The translations under genes were made by a program, and so were the position numbers. From contig CBDBDQ010000005.1 in NCBI GenBank assembly GCA_965203905.1, positions 3,264,001 through 3,328,000 on the forward strand: 64,000 nucleotides of DNA. The letters are read 5' to 3'. The stretch comes from Spirochaetia bacterium. GTDB taxonomy: Bacteria; Spirochaetota; Spirochaetia; SZUA-6; Bin103. The notes under the pieces are model-generated. The model was not told the origin of the DNA, searched no databases, and saw only the letters and a program-made list of their open reading frames with translations. The number at the start of each line of letters is the position of its first letter. Position 1 is the stretch's first letter. Shown piece by piece: positions 42,708-51,628 of this stretch.

Positions 42708-43774
42708 TTGAGGCAGTACGGGGGCGGCTCTCCGCGCAGGTAGGCGGCGATGCTCTCCGCCGCCATGCGGATCCCGGTGCGGGCGCTGCCGCGCGACGCC
42801 CCGGCGATGTGCGGGGTGAGAATGACGTTGGGCAGCTCCAGCAGCGGATGCCCGGCGGGCAGCGGTTCCTCCGGGTACACGTCGAGCGCCGCTCCGGCCA
42901 GGTGGCGTTCGCCCAGGGAGCGCGCCAGGGCGCCGTAGTCCAGCAGCGGGCCGCGGGCGGTCTGGACCAGGTAGCAGCCGGGGCGCATGCGCGCCAGTTC
43001 CGCGGCCCCCACCAGCGGCCGCGGACCGCGGTGGCGGGCGTGCAGGCTCAGCACGTCGGCGCGCGCCAGCAGGTCAGGCAGGTCGCAGCGCTCCGCTCCC
43101 GCGGCGGCAAACGCCGCGGTTTCGAGATAGGGGTCACAGGCCAGCACGCGCGCCCCGAACGCGCTCAGCAGCGGAACCAGCAGGCGGCCGATGTGGCCCA
43201 GGCCGAGCAGGCCGACGGTGAGCGCGGCCAGGTCGTCGCCCACCGCGTCGTAGCGGTACAGGTCGGAACGCCAGCGCCCGCCGCCGGCCAGGTCGCGGTG
43301 GCCGCGCGAGATACCCTTGGTAAGGTCGATGATCAGCGCCACGGTGAACTCCGCCACCGCCCGCGCATTGCGCCCGGGAGCGTTGCACACCAGGATGCCG
43401 CGCGTGGTGGCGACGTCGAGATTGACGTTCACCGAGCCGCCGCGGGCGCATGCCGCCAGCCGCAGCCTCGGCGCCGCCGCCAGCACCCCCGCGCCGAGCG
43501 CCGCCATGTGCACCGCCGCCACTTCCGCCTCGCGCAGCACCCGGATCACGCGTTCGTCGTCGCCGGTGTACTCGCGGATCTCCGCGTCGTGGCGCACCGG
43601 TGTGTCGGGCCACTCGTGCTCGTCGGTCACGAAGCGCAGCTCCGCGCCCGAGCCGTGCGCGGCCCGCTCGATGGCGGCGCGGAGTTGGGCGGTGCGTACG
43701 AAACGGTCGCCGATTACGGCAACGGTCCGGGCAGCCCGTGGCGAAACTCCGGCTGCATTCGAGCGGCGATGCAT
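42683..43774 (-). CDS. D-isomer-specific 2-hydroxyacid dehydrogenase (SerA-like)
   Basis: GLGHIG, TARG, LDVYPEEP, TPHIAG; nearest in-frame ATG lies inside the MITE. Confidence 0.85.
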   Translation of the reverse strand: MHRRSNAAGVSPRAARTVAVIGDRFVRTAQLRAAIERAAHGSGAELRFVTDEHEWPDTPVRHDAEIREYTGDDERVIRVLREAEVAAVHMAALGAGVLAAAPRLRLAACARGGSVNVNLDVATTRGILVCNAPGRNARAVAEFTVALIIDLTKGISRGHRDLAGGGRWRSDLYRYDAVGDDLAALTVGLLGLGHIGRLLVPLLSAFGARVLACDPYLETAAFAAAGAERCDLPDLLARADVLSLHARHRGPRPLVGAAELARMRPGCYLVQTARGPLLDYGALARSLGERHLAGAALDVYPEEPLPAGHPLLELPNVILTPHIAGASRGSARTGIRMAAESIAAYLRGEPPPYCLNYPSRAAT

Positions 43775-43889
43775 CCCGGCTGGCTGCGTTGCTCCTCGCT
43801 CACATATACCGGATGTGCTCGCTCGTCGCGCCTTGCCAGCCGGGCGCCTCGCCGCTCTCGATGCGACGCCGGGTTCCACCACGGGCTGC
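43731..43889. mobile_element. MITE/REP-like palindromic element, long copy (159 bp)
   Basis: Terminal inverted repeats GCAGCCCGTGG...CCACGGGCTGC; nested internal inverted repeats; second copy at 58854. Confidence 0.8.
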
Positions 43890-44278
43890 TAATTGCCACC
43901 GGGCTCGGAGGTGCGCGACTCGGCGGACTCTATGACGTCGCGTACCCAGGCCAGCGCAGCCATCGCCGCCGACCAGCCGATCGACGAGATGGCGAGCAAC
44001 GGCACCTGCAGCAGCTCCTCGGCGGGAATCCCCTCGCGCAGTCCGCGCCGCGCGTGGGAGTGCACGGCGCCCTGCGAGCGGGCGCCCACCGCCAGCGCCA
44101 GCTTCACCATGCGTTGCGCCCGCGCATCCAGCGGCCCGGCCGTGGCGGCGGCTTTGCCGAGTTGCTGGTAGGCGCGCCACACTCCGGGGTAGGCGGCGAT
44201 AACGCCGTCCAGAAAACTCGGCAGGCGTTCCGGCCGCCGCCCTCCGGCCGCGGCCGGTTGCGAGCTGTCCTGCTTCAC
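43889..44278 (-). CDS. Carboxymuconolactone decarboxylase (AhpD/CMD) family protein
   Basis: GPLD...VKLALAVG..GAVHSH.R; AGGAGG RBS before the GTG at 44278. Confidence 0.85.
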   Translation of the reverse strand: MKQDSSQPAAAGGRRPERLPSFLDGVIAAYPGVWRAYQQLGKAAATAGPLDARAQRMVKLALAVGARSQGAVHSHARRGLREGIPAEELLQVPLLAISSIGWSAAMAALAWVRDVIESAESRTSEPGGN

Positions 44279-44490
44279 CGACGTACCTCCCTGGTGTGCG
44301 CCCTCGGGCGACGGGCCGATCCACGGCTGCCGCGAGTCGACGATTCGCTGTGCCGCCGCGTGCGCGGTGGTCCGCACCGCCGCGGCTGTGCCGGCGAATA
44401 TGCGGGCGTGCCACCTCCCGGTCAAGCACCGACGGAGAAACGCACACACCGATGGCCGATGGCCTGACGACCGGTGCCGGGTAGCCGGGT

Positions 44491-46197
44491 TCAGCGGCGG
44501 CGCGGGGGGTACTCGCCCATGGGGTGCAGGGCGTTCAGGTCGATGTCCAGCAGCACCGGGCCGGTGCTGGCCTGCGCCGCGGTGAAGGCCGCCGCGAACT
44601 GCTCGACGCTGGCGACCGCGTGCGCGGTGGCGCCCATGCTGCGGGCGAGGGCGGGGAAGTCCGGGGTCTCCAGGTCCACGGCGAAGGTGCGGCCCGCGAA
44701 GCGCGCCGCCTGGACCCGCCGCAGGATGCCGTAGCCGCGGTCGTTGAACAGGCAGATGGTGAGCGGCAGCCGATACTGCACCGCGGTGGAGAGTTCGCCA
44801 GCGTGCAGCATGAAGCCGCCGTCGCCCGCGATCAGCACGCTGCGGCGGCCACTGCCGAGGGCGGCCCCGATGGCCAGCGGCAGGCCGGGGCCGATGGCGG
44901 CGCTGGTGGGGTGCATGGAGGTGCGCGGGGCGAGGATCGGCAGCATCTGGTTGGCCCACAGGTAGGCCGGAACGGTGCTGTCGCGCACCATGACGGCGTC
45001 GCGCGGCGCGCCGTCGCGGATCAGGTCCATGATCGCCGCATGGTCGGGCCCGATCAGGGCGCGCAGCCGCTGGTGCACCGTGTGCCGCGCCGCGGCCGCC
45101 CTGGCCCGCCACTCGGCCCGTGCCGCGGCGGGGTCGGCTTCCGCGTCCGAGTCGGCCTCATGTCCCGTTACGTCCTCCAGCGCGGCGTTCACCGCCTCCA
45201 GGCCGGCCGCAGCGTCGGCGACCAGCGCCAGGGCCGGACGGTGGACGCGGCCGATCACCCCGGCGTCCGCGTCGAGGTGGACCAGCTTGCCGCGCAACGG
45301 GACGTAGTTGCGCCCCTCCGGTCCCACCTGGAAGCGGGTGCCCACCGCCAGCACCACGTCCGCCTCCTCCTGCAGGGCCTGGATCTCCGGGTGATACGGC
45401 AGCGCGCCGACACTCAGCGGGTGGTCCTCCGGCAGCGCGCCGCGGCCGTTGGGACTCGACAGCACGGGTGCCTGCAGCCGTTCGGCCAGCGCACGCAGCT
45501 CCGGGGCGGCGCCGCCGGTGCGGGTCGCGCCGCCGCTGCGCAGCACCCCACCGCCGGCGATGATCAGCGGCCGCTCGGCGCGCGCCAGCATCCGTGCCGC
45601 CCGCTGTGCCGCCGCCGGTTCCGGCGCCAAGGGCGCAGGCAGCGACCCGCCGGCTCCGGCGTTCCCGACCGCGTCCGCCGCTCCTGCCACCGCGGCGTAC
45701 TGCAGGTCGATGGGAATTTCGACGCAGCCGGGCTGCGGGCGCCCGGTGAGGATGTCCTCGATCACGGCGCCCAGTGCAGGCGCGATCTGGCGTCCGAGGC
45801 GCACGCTCTCGACCCGCCGCGACACCGCGCTCAGCATCGGTGTCTGCTGCTCGGCCTCGTGCAGGAAGCCGAGTCCCTTGCCCAGGTACGGGGTGTCGAC
45901 CTGGGCGGTGAGCATCAGCACCGGCGAGGAGGCGAATCCCGCCTCGTAGAGGCCGGGAACGGCGTTGGCGGCGCCCGGACCGGTGCTGGTAATGACCACG
46001 CCCAGCCTGCCCGTGGCGCGCGCATAGCCGTCGGCCGCGTGCGCCGCCGCCTGCTCGTGGCGCATCGCCACCGGCGTGATCCGGCCGCCACGGTCGATGG
46101 CGTCGTAGAGCGGCAGGTTGTGCACGCTGACCACGCCGAATACGTGCTCCACGCCCGCCTCCACCAGGACCCGGTGGACCATTTCGCCGCCGGTCAC
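44491..46197 (-). CDS. Thiamine pyrophosphate-binding protein (acetolactate synthase-like)
   Basis: FGVVSVHN, RHEQ, STGPGAAN, GDGGF...FND; GGAGG RBS. Confidence 0.88.
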   Translation of the reverse strand: MTGGEMVHRVLVEAGVEHVFGVVSVHNLPLYDAIDRGGRITPVAMRHEQAAAHAADGYARATGRLGVVITSTGPGAANAVPGLYEAGFASSPVLMLTAQVDTPYLGKGLGFLHEAEQQTPMLSAVSRRVESVRLGRQIAPALGAVIEDILTGRPQPGCVEIPIDLQYAAVAGAADAVGNAGAGGSLPAPLAPEPAAAQRAARMLARAERPLIIAGGGVLRSGGATRTGGAAPELRALAERLQAPVLSSPNGRGALPEDHPLSVGALPYHPEIQALQEEADVVLAVGTRFQVGPEGRNYVPLRGKLVHLDADAGVIGRVHRPALALVADAAAGLEAVNAALEDVTGHEADSDAEADPAAARAEWRARAAAARHTVHQRLRALIGPDHAAIMDLIRDGAPRDAVMVRDSTVPAYLWANQMLPILAPRTSMHPTSAAIGPGLPLAIGAALGSGRRSVLIAGDGGFMLHAGELSTAVQYRLPLTICLFNDRGYGILRRVQAARFAGRTFAVDLETPDFPALARSMGATAHAVASVEQFAAAFTAAQASTGPVLLDIDLNALHPMGEYPPRRR

Positions 46198-46399
46198 GGC
46201 CGCACCTCCGGCGTCCCGGCTCCCGCTGCCGGCGAACCCGGCGAACCCGGCGGGCGCGCATGGGCGGTGGGGACGTGGAACGAGCTGGCGTACTCGCGGA
46301 TGTCTGGCATGAGGTGCGCATCGTACCTTATCGGCGGCCGGCCGATAATCAGAGGGCCGGTCGGTCCGGTCGGTCGCGCGCACCGTGCGTCGGCCGGTC

Positions 46400-46428
46400 T
46401 TGACAGCCCAATGCCGGCGCCCTAGCGT
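46400..46428 (+). promoter_or_regulatory. Putative sigma70 promoter of the ku operon
   Basis: TTGACA-17 nt-TAGCGT about 33 nt upstream of the ku start; GGGAG RBS. Confidence 0.55.
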
Positions 46429-46461
46429 TGTCTTGAAGCGCCGGCGGGCGCAAGGGAGAAA

Positions 46462-47346
46462 ATGATGGCGCCACCACGTACAAGCTGGAAGGGATTCATC
46501 AAGCTGAGCCTGGTCTCGGTGCCGGTGAAGGCGTTCACGGCCAATGATCCGGGTGCCCAGATCCGTCTCAATCAACTGCACTGCGACTGCAATACCCGCA
46601 TCGCCTACAAGAAGGTGTGTCCGGTGCACGGCGAGGTGGGCAACGACCAGATCGTGCGCGGCTACGAGCACGCCAAGGGCCAGTACGTGGTGATCGAGGA
46701 CGAGGAGCTGGAGAAGCTGCGCACCAAGAGCGACCACTCCGTCAACATCGAGGGGTTCGTGGCGCCGGACGCGCTGGACCCGGTGTACCACGCCGGCCGC
46801 ACCTACTACCTGCTGCCCGACGGCGCGGTGGGCCAGAAGCCCTATCGGCTGCTGGTGCGCGGCATGCAGGAGAACGGCGTGCACGCCCTGGCGCAGGTGG
46901 TGATCTCCCAGCGCGAGCAGCTCGTGCTGCTGCGCCCGATGGAGGACATGCTGGCGATGACCATCCTCAGTCACCAGGCCAAGGTGAAGCCGGCCGACCG
47001 GTTCCGCGACGAGATCGAGGACTCCGAGTGCACCCCCGAGGAGCTGCAGCTCGCCACCATGCTGATCGACGCTTCGCGGCTGAACGACTTCGACTACGGC
47101 AGCTACACCGACCGCTACGTAGATAAGCTCACCGAGCTGATCCAGCTCAAGGTGCAGGGGCAGGACGTGGTGCAGGCGGAGGACGTCGAGGAGCCCAAGA
47201 TCATCAACCTCATGGAGGCGCTGAAGCAGAGCGTGGCCGAGGCGCAGGGCGCGGCGGAGGCCGGCAAGAAGCAGGCGCCGAGCGCCAAGACCAAGCGCAG
47301 CACGCCGGCGAGCGGCAGTCGCGCCCGCAAGCAGAAGGTTGGCTGA
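46462..47346 (+). CDS. ku: Ku NHEJ DNA end-binding protein
   Basis: WKG.I..SLV.VPVK, IVRGYE, YYL.PD, LMEALKQS, basic tail; H..C and C..H zinc-ribbon-like residues. Confidence 0.95.
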   Translation: MMAPPRTSWKGFIKLSLVSVPVKAFTANDPGAQIRLNQLHCDCNTRIAYKKVCPVHGEVGNDQIVRGYEHAKGQYVVIEDEELEKLRTKSDHSVNIEGFVAPDALDPVYHAGRTYYLLPDGAVGQKPYRLLVRGMQENGVHALAQVVISQREQLVLLRPMEDMLAMTILSHQAKVKPADRFRDEIEDSECTPEELQLATMLIDASRLNDFDYGSYTDRYVDKLTELIQLKVQGQDVVQAEDVEEPKIINLMEALKQSVAEAQGAAEAGKKQAPSAKTKRSTPASGSRARKQKVG

Positions 47347-47421
47347 CCCAGCGCCGAACAGCATGCGGCCTCGTCCCCTCCCCCGCACCGGGATGCTCCG
47401 GTAATCGAGCCGGCGCGAATC

Positions 47422-48375
47422 ATGGCCGTCGCCGCCACCCGCCTGCCGCGCAGTTTCGCACCCATGCTCGCCAAGCCGGGTGCGCCGTTCGATTCCGACC
47501 GCCACCTGTACGAGGTGAAGTGGGACGGCATCCGCGCCGTGGCGCTGGTGGAAGACGGCCGTTACCGGCTGTTGAGCCGGGCCGGCAATGACCTCACCCG
47601 CAACTACCCCGAGCTGGCGCCGCTGGCGCGCCTGCCCGCGGGCACCATCGTCGACGGCGAGATCGTGGTGCTTCACGAGGGGCGCCCCGACTTCGAGCAC
47701 GTGCTGCGGCGCGACCGCGGCAGCGCCGGATCCCCCGAGTCCGAGCCGAGCCCGGCGTGCTACCTGGTGTTCGACCTGATGTACCGCGAGTTCGAGCCGC
47801 TGACCGAGCTGCCGCTGCTGGAGCGCCGCCAGCCGCTGGCCGACCTGGTGAACGGCTGCGACTCGGGCCACGTCGTCGTCTCCGACGGGTTCGTCGGCGC
47901 CGGTGTGGCGTTCTACCGCGAGGTGTGCGAGCGCAACCTGGAGGGGGTGGTCGCCAAGCGCGTGGACAGCCGCTACCTGCCGGGCCGCCGCTCCGACGCC
48001 TGGATCAAGATCAAGCGCCGGGTCCGCTACCACTGCGTGGTGCTGGGCTTCCTGGACAAGGATGAGGGCGCCGACTTCCAGAGCCTGCTGATCGCCACCG
48101 AGCGCGAGGCGGGATCGGGCCTGCGCTACGCCGGGCGCGTCGGCACCGGCTTCGACGAGGAGCAGCGGCGGGAGATCAACGCGCTGCTGCGGCGCCATCG
48201 CAGCGCGGCACCGCTGCTGCCGCCGCCGGCCGACCTGTCGCCGCGCCACCAGTGGGACCAGGTGTGCTGGGTGGAGCCGGTCCTGTTCTGCGTCGTCTCC
48301 TGCGTGGAGCTGACCAGCGCCGGGGTGATGCGCGCGCCGGTGTTCGAGGGCCTGATCCGGGAGAGCGCCGCATGA
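47422..48375 (+). CDS. Stand-alone ATP-dependent DNA ligase (LigC/LigD LIG-domain type)
   Basis: YEVKWDG, DGEIV, VFD, EGVVAK, WIKIK, GRVGTGF, MRAPVF. Confidence 0.92.
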   Translation: MAVAATRLPRSFAPMLAKPGAPFDSDRHLYEVKWDGIRAVALVEDGRYRLLSRAGNDLTRNYPELAPLARLPAGTIVDGEIVVLHEGRPDFEHVLRRDRGSAGSPESEPSPACYLVFDLMYREFEPLTELPLLERRQPLADLVNGCDSGHVVVSDGFVGAGVAFYREVCERNLEGVVAKRVDSRYLPGRRSDAWIKIKRRVRYHCVVLGFLDKDEGADFQSLLIATEREAGSGLRYAGRVGTGFDEEQRREINALLRRHRSAAPLLPPPADLSPRHQWDQVCWVEPVLFCVVSCVELTSAGVMRAPVFEGLIRESAA

Positions 48376-49805
48376 CGGGCGTCGACGCCGGCGCCGGCAG
48401 CGGCGGCGGACGGCTGCGCGATCGGGAGGTGGCGTTCGCCGGCCGGTTGGCGTCGATGACCCGGCAGGAGGCGGGAGCGCGGGTAGCCGCCGCCGGCGGC
48501 CGGGTGGTGCGCCAGCCGGGGGTCAACACCGCCTACCTCGTGGTGGGGCACGGCGGCTGGCCGCTGCGCGCGGACGGACGGCCCAGCCCCAACATGACCC
48601 GGGCGCGGCGTCTCAAGCAGCAGCGCGCACCGCTGAGCATCGTCTCCGAGACCGCGTTCCTGCAGCTTCTCGGTCTCACCGACAAGGTGGAAGATCTGCA
48701 GCGCCTGTTCACCACGGCCCAGCTCAGCCGCATCCTGGAGGTGCCGGCGCCGGAGATCCGCTCCTGGATGCGGCGCAAGCTGATCCGCCCGGTGAAGGTG
48801 GCGCGGCGCCTGGCCTGGTTCGACTTTCGCGAGGTGGCGCTGGCGCGCACGCTGCACGCCCTGACCAGCGCCGGGATCAGCGCCGCACGCATCGGCCGCA
48901 GCATCCGCGAGCTGGCGCAGTGGCTGCCGGACGCCCAGGGCGCCCACGCCGAGGCGATGCTGACGCAACTGGAAACCTCCGCGCACAGCCCGATCCTGAG
49001 CGTGCGGTTGCGGGATGGCCGGCTGGCCGACCCCGCGGGGCAGTTGCTGCTCGACTTCCACCGCGAGACGGCGGGCGCGGCATCGGGGGCAGGCGCGATC
49101 CGGTCGTTCCGGGCGCCGCCTGCGGAGACCGAGTGGCCGGCCGCGGCACGCGCGTGGCCCGGCCCGGCCGCGGCACAAGAGCCGGAGTCGGAGCTGGTGC
49201 GGGACCTGGCCGCGGTGCTGGGCATGGCTGCCGACGGCACGCCCGCACCGGAGGATCCGCCGGCGGGCGGCGCGGCGGCGGAAGCGGAGGCGGGCCGGGT
49301 GCTCGATTTCAGCGTGGCTGCCGAAGCCTGGGCCGGCGCCGTTCCCGACGAACTGTTCCGGCAGGGGGTGCGCGCGGAGGATGCCGGCCAGTGGCAGCTC
49401 GCCCGCCACCTCTACGAGCGCGCCCTCGCGGCCGGCGAGCCCGATCCCGAGACCTGCTTCAACCTGGGCAACGTGCTGTACGAGCTGGACCGGAAGCGCG
49501 CCGCCGCACGCCGCTACCTGCAGGCGGTGGCGCTCGACGCCGAGTACGTGGAATCGCTCAACAACCTGGGCAACGCCCTCGCCGAGAGCGGCTGGCTGAA
49601 CGAGGCCGTCCGCGCCTACCGGCGTGCGCTGCAACTGGAGCCGGCTTACGCCGACGCCCACAGCAACCTGGCCGAGACCCTGGTGTACCTCGGCCGCTAC
49701 CCGGAGGCGCGGCTCCACTGGACCGCCTACCTCGCCGTCGACCCCCACAGTTCCTGGGCCAACGCCATCCGCGAGTTGCTGCGCCACCTCCCCGCCCGCA
49801 ACTGA
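48372..49805 (+). CDS. BRCT + MerR-like HTH + TPR protein
   Basis: VAFAGRLASMTRQEA...GG..V....T.YLVVG (BRCT); FTTAQLSRIL.V....IRSW (MerR HTH); FNLGNVL, NNLGNAL, HSNLA TPR repeats; ATGA overlap with the ligase. Confidence 0.82.
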   Translation: MTGVDAGAGSGGGRLRDREVAFAGRLASMTRQEAGARVAAAGGRVVRQPGVNTAYLVVGHGGWPLRADGRPSPNMTRARRLKQQRAPLSIVSETAFLQLLGLTDKVEDLQRLFTTAQLSRILEVPAPEIRSWMRRKLIRPVKVARRLAWFDFREVALARTLHALTSAGISAARIGRSIRELAQWLPDAQGAHAEAMLTQLETSAHSPILSVRLRDGRLADPAGQLLLDFHRETAGAASGAGAIRSFRAPPAETEWPAAARAWPGPAAAQEPESELVRDLAAVLGMAADGTPAPEDPPAGGAAAEAEAGRVLDFSVAAEAWAGAVPDELFRQGVRAEDAGQWQLARHLYERALAAGEPDPETCFNLGNVLYELDRKRAAARRYLQAVALDAEYVESLNNLGNALAESGWLNEAVRAYRRALQLEPAYADAHSNLAETLVYLGRYPEARLHWTAYLAVDPHSSWANAIRELLRHLPARN

Positions 49806-49821
49806 AGCAGCGGGGGCGGGT

Positions 49822-50598
49822 TCACACCCGCATGCGCAGCATCGGGCGGGTGAACGAGACCGGGAGCGACTCGCCGGTGCGGCGCGACTTGGTGCCGGGA
49901 GTCATGAAGTGGATGGCGAAGGCGCGCCGTTGGCGGGCGGTGTTGTTGGGGGCGGTGTAGTGGAAGGTCTGGCAGTGGTGCAGCATGGCGCCGCCGGCGG
50001 GTAGCTCGATCGCCACCGCCCGTGAGCTGTCCACACGCTCGGCGTTGTCCAGCAGCGCGCTGGTGGAGGTAGATTTCTCATGTTCCAGCGCCTGCAGGTG
50101 GGAGCCGGGAATCACCTGCATCGCGCCGTTGTCGACGCTCACTTCGTCCAGCGTCAGCCAGCAGCTCACCAGGGTGGCCGGCACGCACTGCCAGTAGGCG
50201 TTGTCCTGGTGCCAGAACACCGGTCCGCCGTGGTGCGCGGGCTTGTACAGCGCCTGGTCGTGGAACAGCTGGATGTTGGGGCCGATCAGGTCCTCCACGC
50301 AGTCCAGGATCGGCTCGTGGTAGAGCAGCCGGCGATAGTGCAGGTTGCGCTCGCACATCTGCATGATCTGCAGCATCTGCTCCTCCGCCTCGTTCTTGGC
50401 CGCCACGTCGTCGGTGTCGTCGATGGCGAGATTGCGAAACGAGCTGGCGCCGGAGCGGGCGAGCTCGAACTCGCGGTCGTACTCGCGGCGCAGCAGCTCG
50501 ACGGTGGCGTCATCCAGCAGCCGGCCCAGCTTGAGGTAGCCCTGGGTCTGATAATCGTTCACCTGCCCGGCGGTGAGTCTTCGATAGCCGTTGTCCAT
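49822..50598 (-). CDS. PhyH family Fe(II)/2OG dioxygenase
   Basis: WHQDN, NGAMQVIPGSH, H..N...RRA. Confidence 0.88.
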   Translation of the reverse strand: MDNGYRRLTAGQVNDYQTQGYLKLGRLLDDATVELLRREYDREFELARSGASSFRNLAIDDTDDVAAKNEAEEQMLQIMQMCERNLHYRRLLYHEPILDCVEDLIGPNIQLFHDQALYKPAHHGGPVFWHQDNAYWQCVPATLVSCWLTLDEVSVDNGAMQVIPGSHLQALEHEKSTSTSALLDNAERVDSSRAVAIELPAGGAMLHHCQTFHYTAPNNTARQRRAFAIHFMTPGTKSRRTGESLPVSFTRPMLRMRV

Positions 50599-50635
50599 CC
50601 TGTGCCTCGGGGAGGACCCTATCCGAGTTGGCGCG

Positions 50636-51604
50636 CTAGAACCACAGCGCCTTGTCAACCAGGTTGCGCAGCGGGCGGCCGGCGACGAAGCGCTGCAGGT
50701 TGTCGCACACGATGGCGTAGCGGCGCTCGTCCAGGTGCGCGCCCGAGGCCGCCGCGACGTGCGGGGTGATGATGGTGTTGGGGGCGTCCCAGAGCGGGTG
50801 ATCGGGTGGCAGGGGCTCCAACTCGAACACGTCGAGGCCGGCGCCGCCGATGCGGCCCGCGCGCAACGCGGCGTCGAGGTCGTCCAGGCGCGTGGTCATG
50901 CCGCGCCCGACGTTGATGAAGATCGCGCTGTCCTTCATCAGGCGGAACTTCGCGGCGTCGAACAGGCCCTCGGTGCGGGGCGTGTGGGGGATGGTGAGAA
51001 TGACGAAGTCGCCGCCGCCCAGCACCGCGTCGAGGCGCTCGGGCGGGTGTAGCTCGTCGACCCACCGCGGTGCCTCGGTGCGGCGCGCGTCCACGGCCAC
51101 GATGCGCATCCCCAGCTCCTTGCACAGGCGCGCGGTCTCGGTGCCGACCCCGCCCAGGCCGACGATCACGGCGCAGGTATCCGGCAGAAAGATCTCCCCG
51201 CCGTCGGCTCCGCCCAGCGGTTCCCAGAGGTGCCGGCGCTGCAGGTCGCGGTAGCGGTGGAGCTGCTTCGCGAAGGCCAGCAACAGCGCCAGGATGTGGT
51301 GGCTCAGGTGGTCGTTGTAGATCTCGCGGAAGTTGGTGACCAGCGCCGGGTGGGCGATCAGCTCCGGGAAGTAGAAGCCGGCCGGCGGGGCCGCGGCGGG
51401 CGCCTGCAGCCAGCGCAGCTTGCCGGCGGCGGCGACCAGCTCGGGAGTCATGGTGCCGAAGGCGGCGTCGGCGTCGGCCAGCTCGCGCAACGCATCTGCA
51501 TCGGTTTCCGGAGCCACCACGGCGACCTCCGGTACCGCGACTCGCAGGCGCGGCAACCACTCCGGGACCGGTTCCGACTGGGGCGGCAGGAAGACGAATT
51601 TCAC
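50636..51604 (-). CDS. D-2-hydroxyacid dehydrogenase
   Basis: GLGGVG, NVGRG, LDVFE.EP, TPHVA; GTG start with AAGGAG RBS. Confidence 0.88.
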   Translation of the reverse strand: MKFVFLPPQSEPVPEWLPRLRVAVPEVAVVAPETDADALRELADADAAFGTMTPELVAAAGKLRWLQAPAAAPPAGFYFPELIAHPALVTNFREIYNDHLSHHILALLLAFAKQLHRYRDLQRRHLWEPLGGADGGEIFLPDTCAVIVGLGGVGTETARLCKELGMRIVAVDARRTEAPRWVDELHPPERLDAVLGGGDFVILTIPHTPRTEGLFDAAKFRLMKDSAIFINVGRGMTTRLDDLDAALRAGRIGGAGLDVFELEPLPPDHPLWDAPNTIITPHVAAASGAHLDERRYAIVCDNLQRFVAGRPLRNLVDKALWF

Positions 51605-51628
51605 GGCTACACTCCTTCGGCCGCGTCC

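Noticed and set aside
44491-48249. Apparent 1252-aa TPP-enzyme fusion
   Set aside because: The N-terminal part is antisense to ku and the ligase; an RBS supports GTG 46197.
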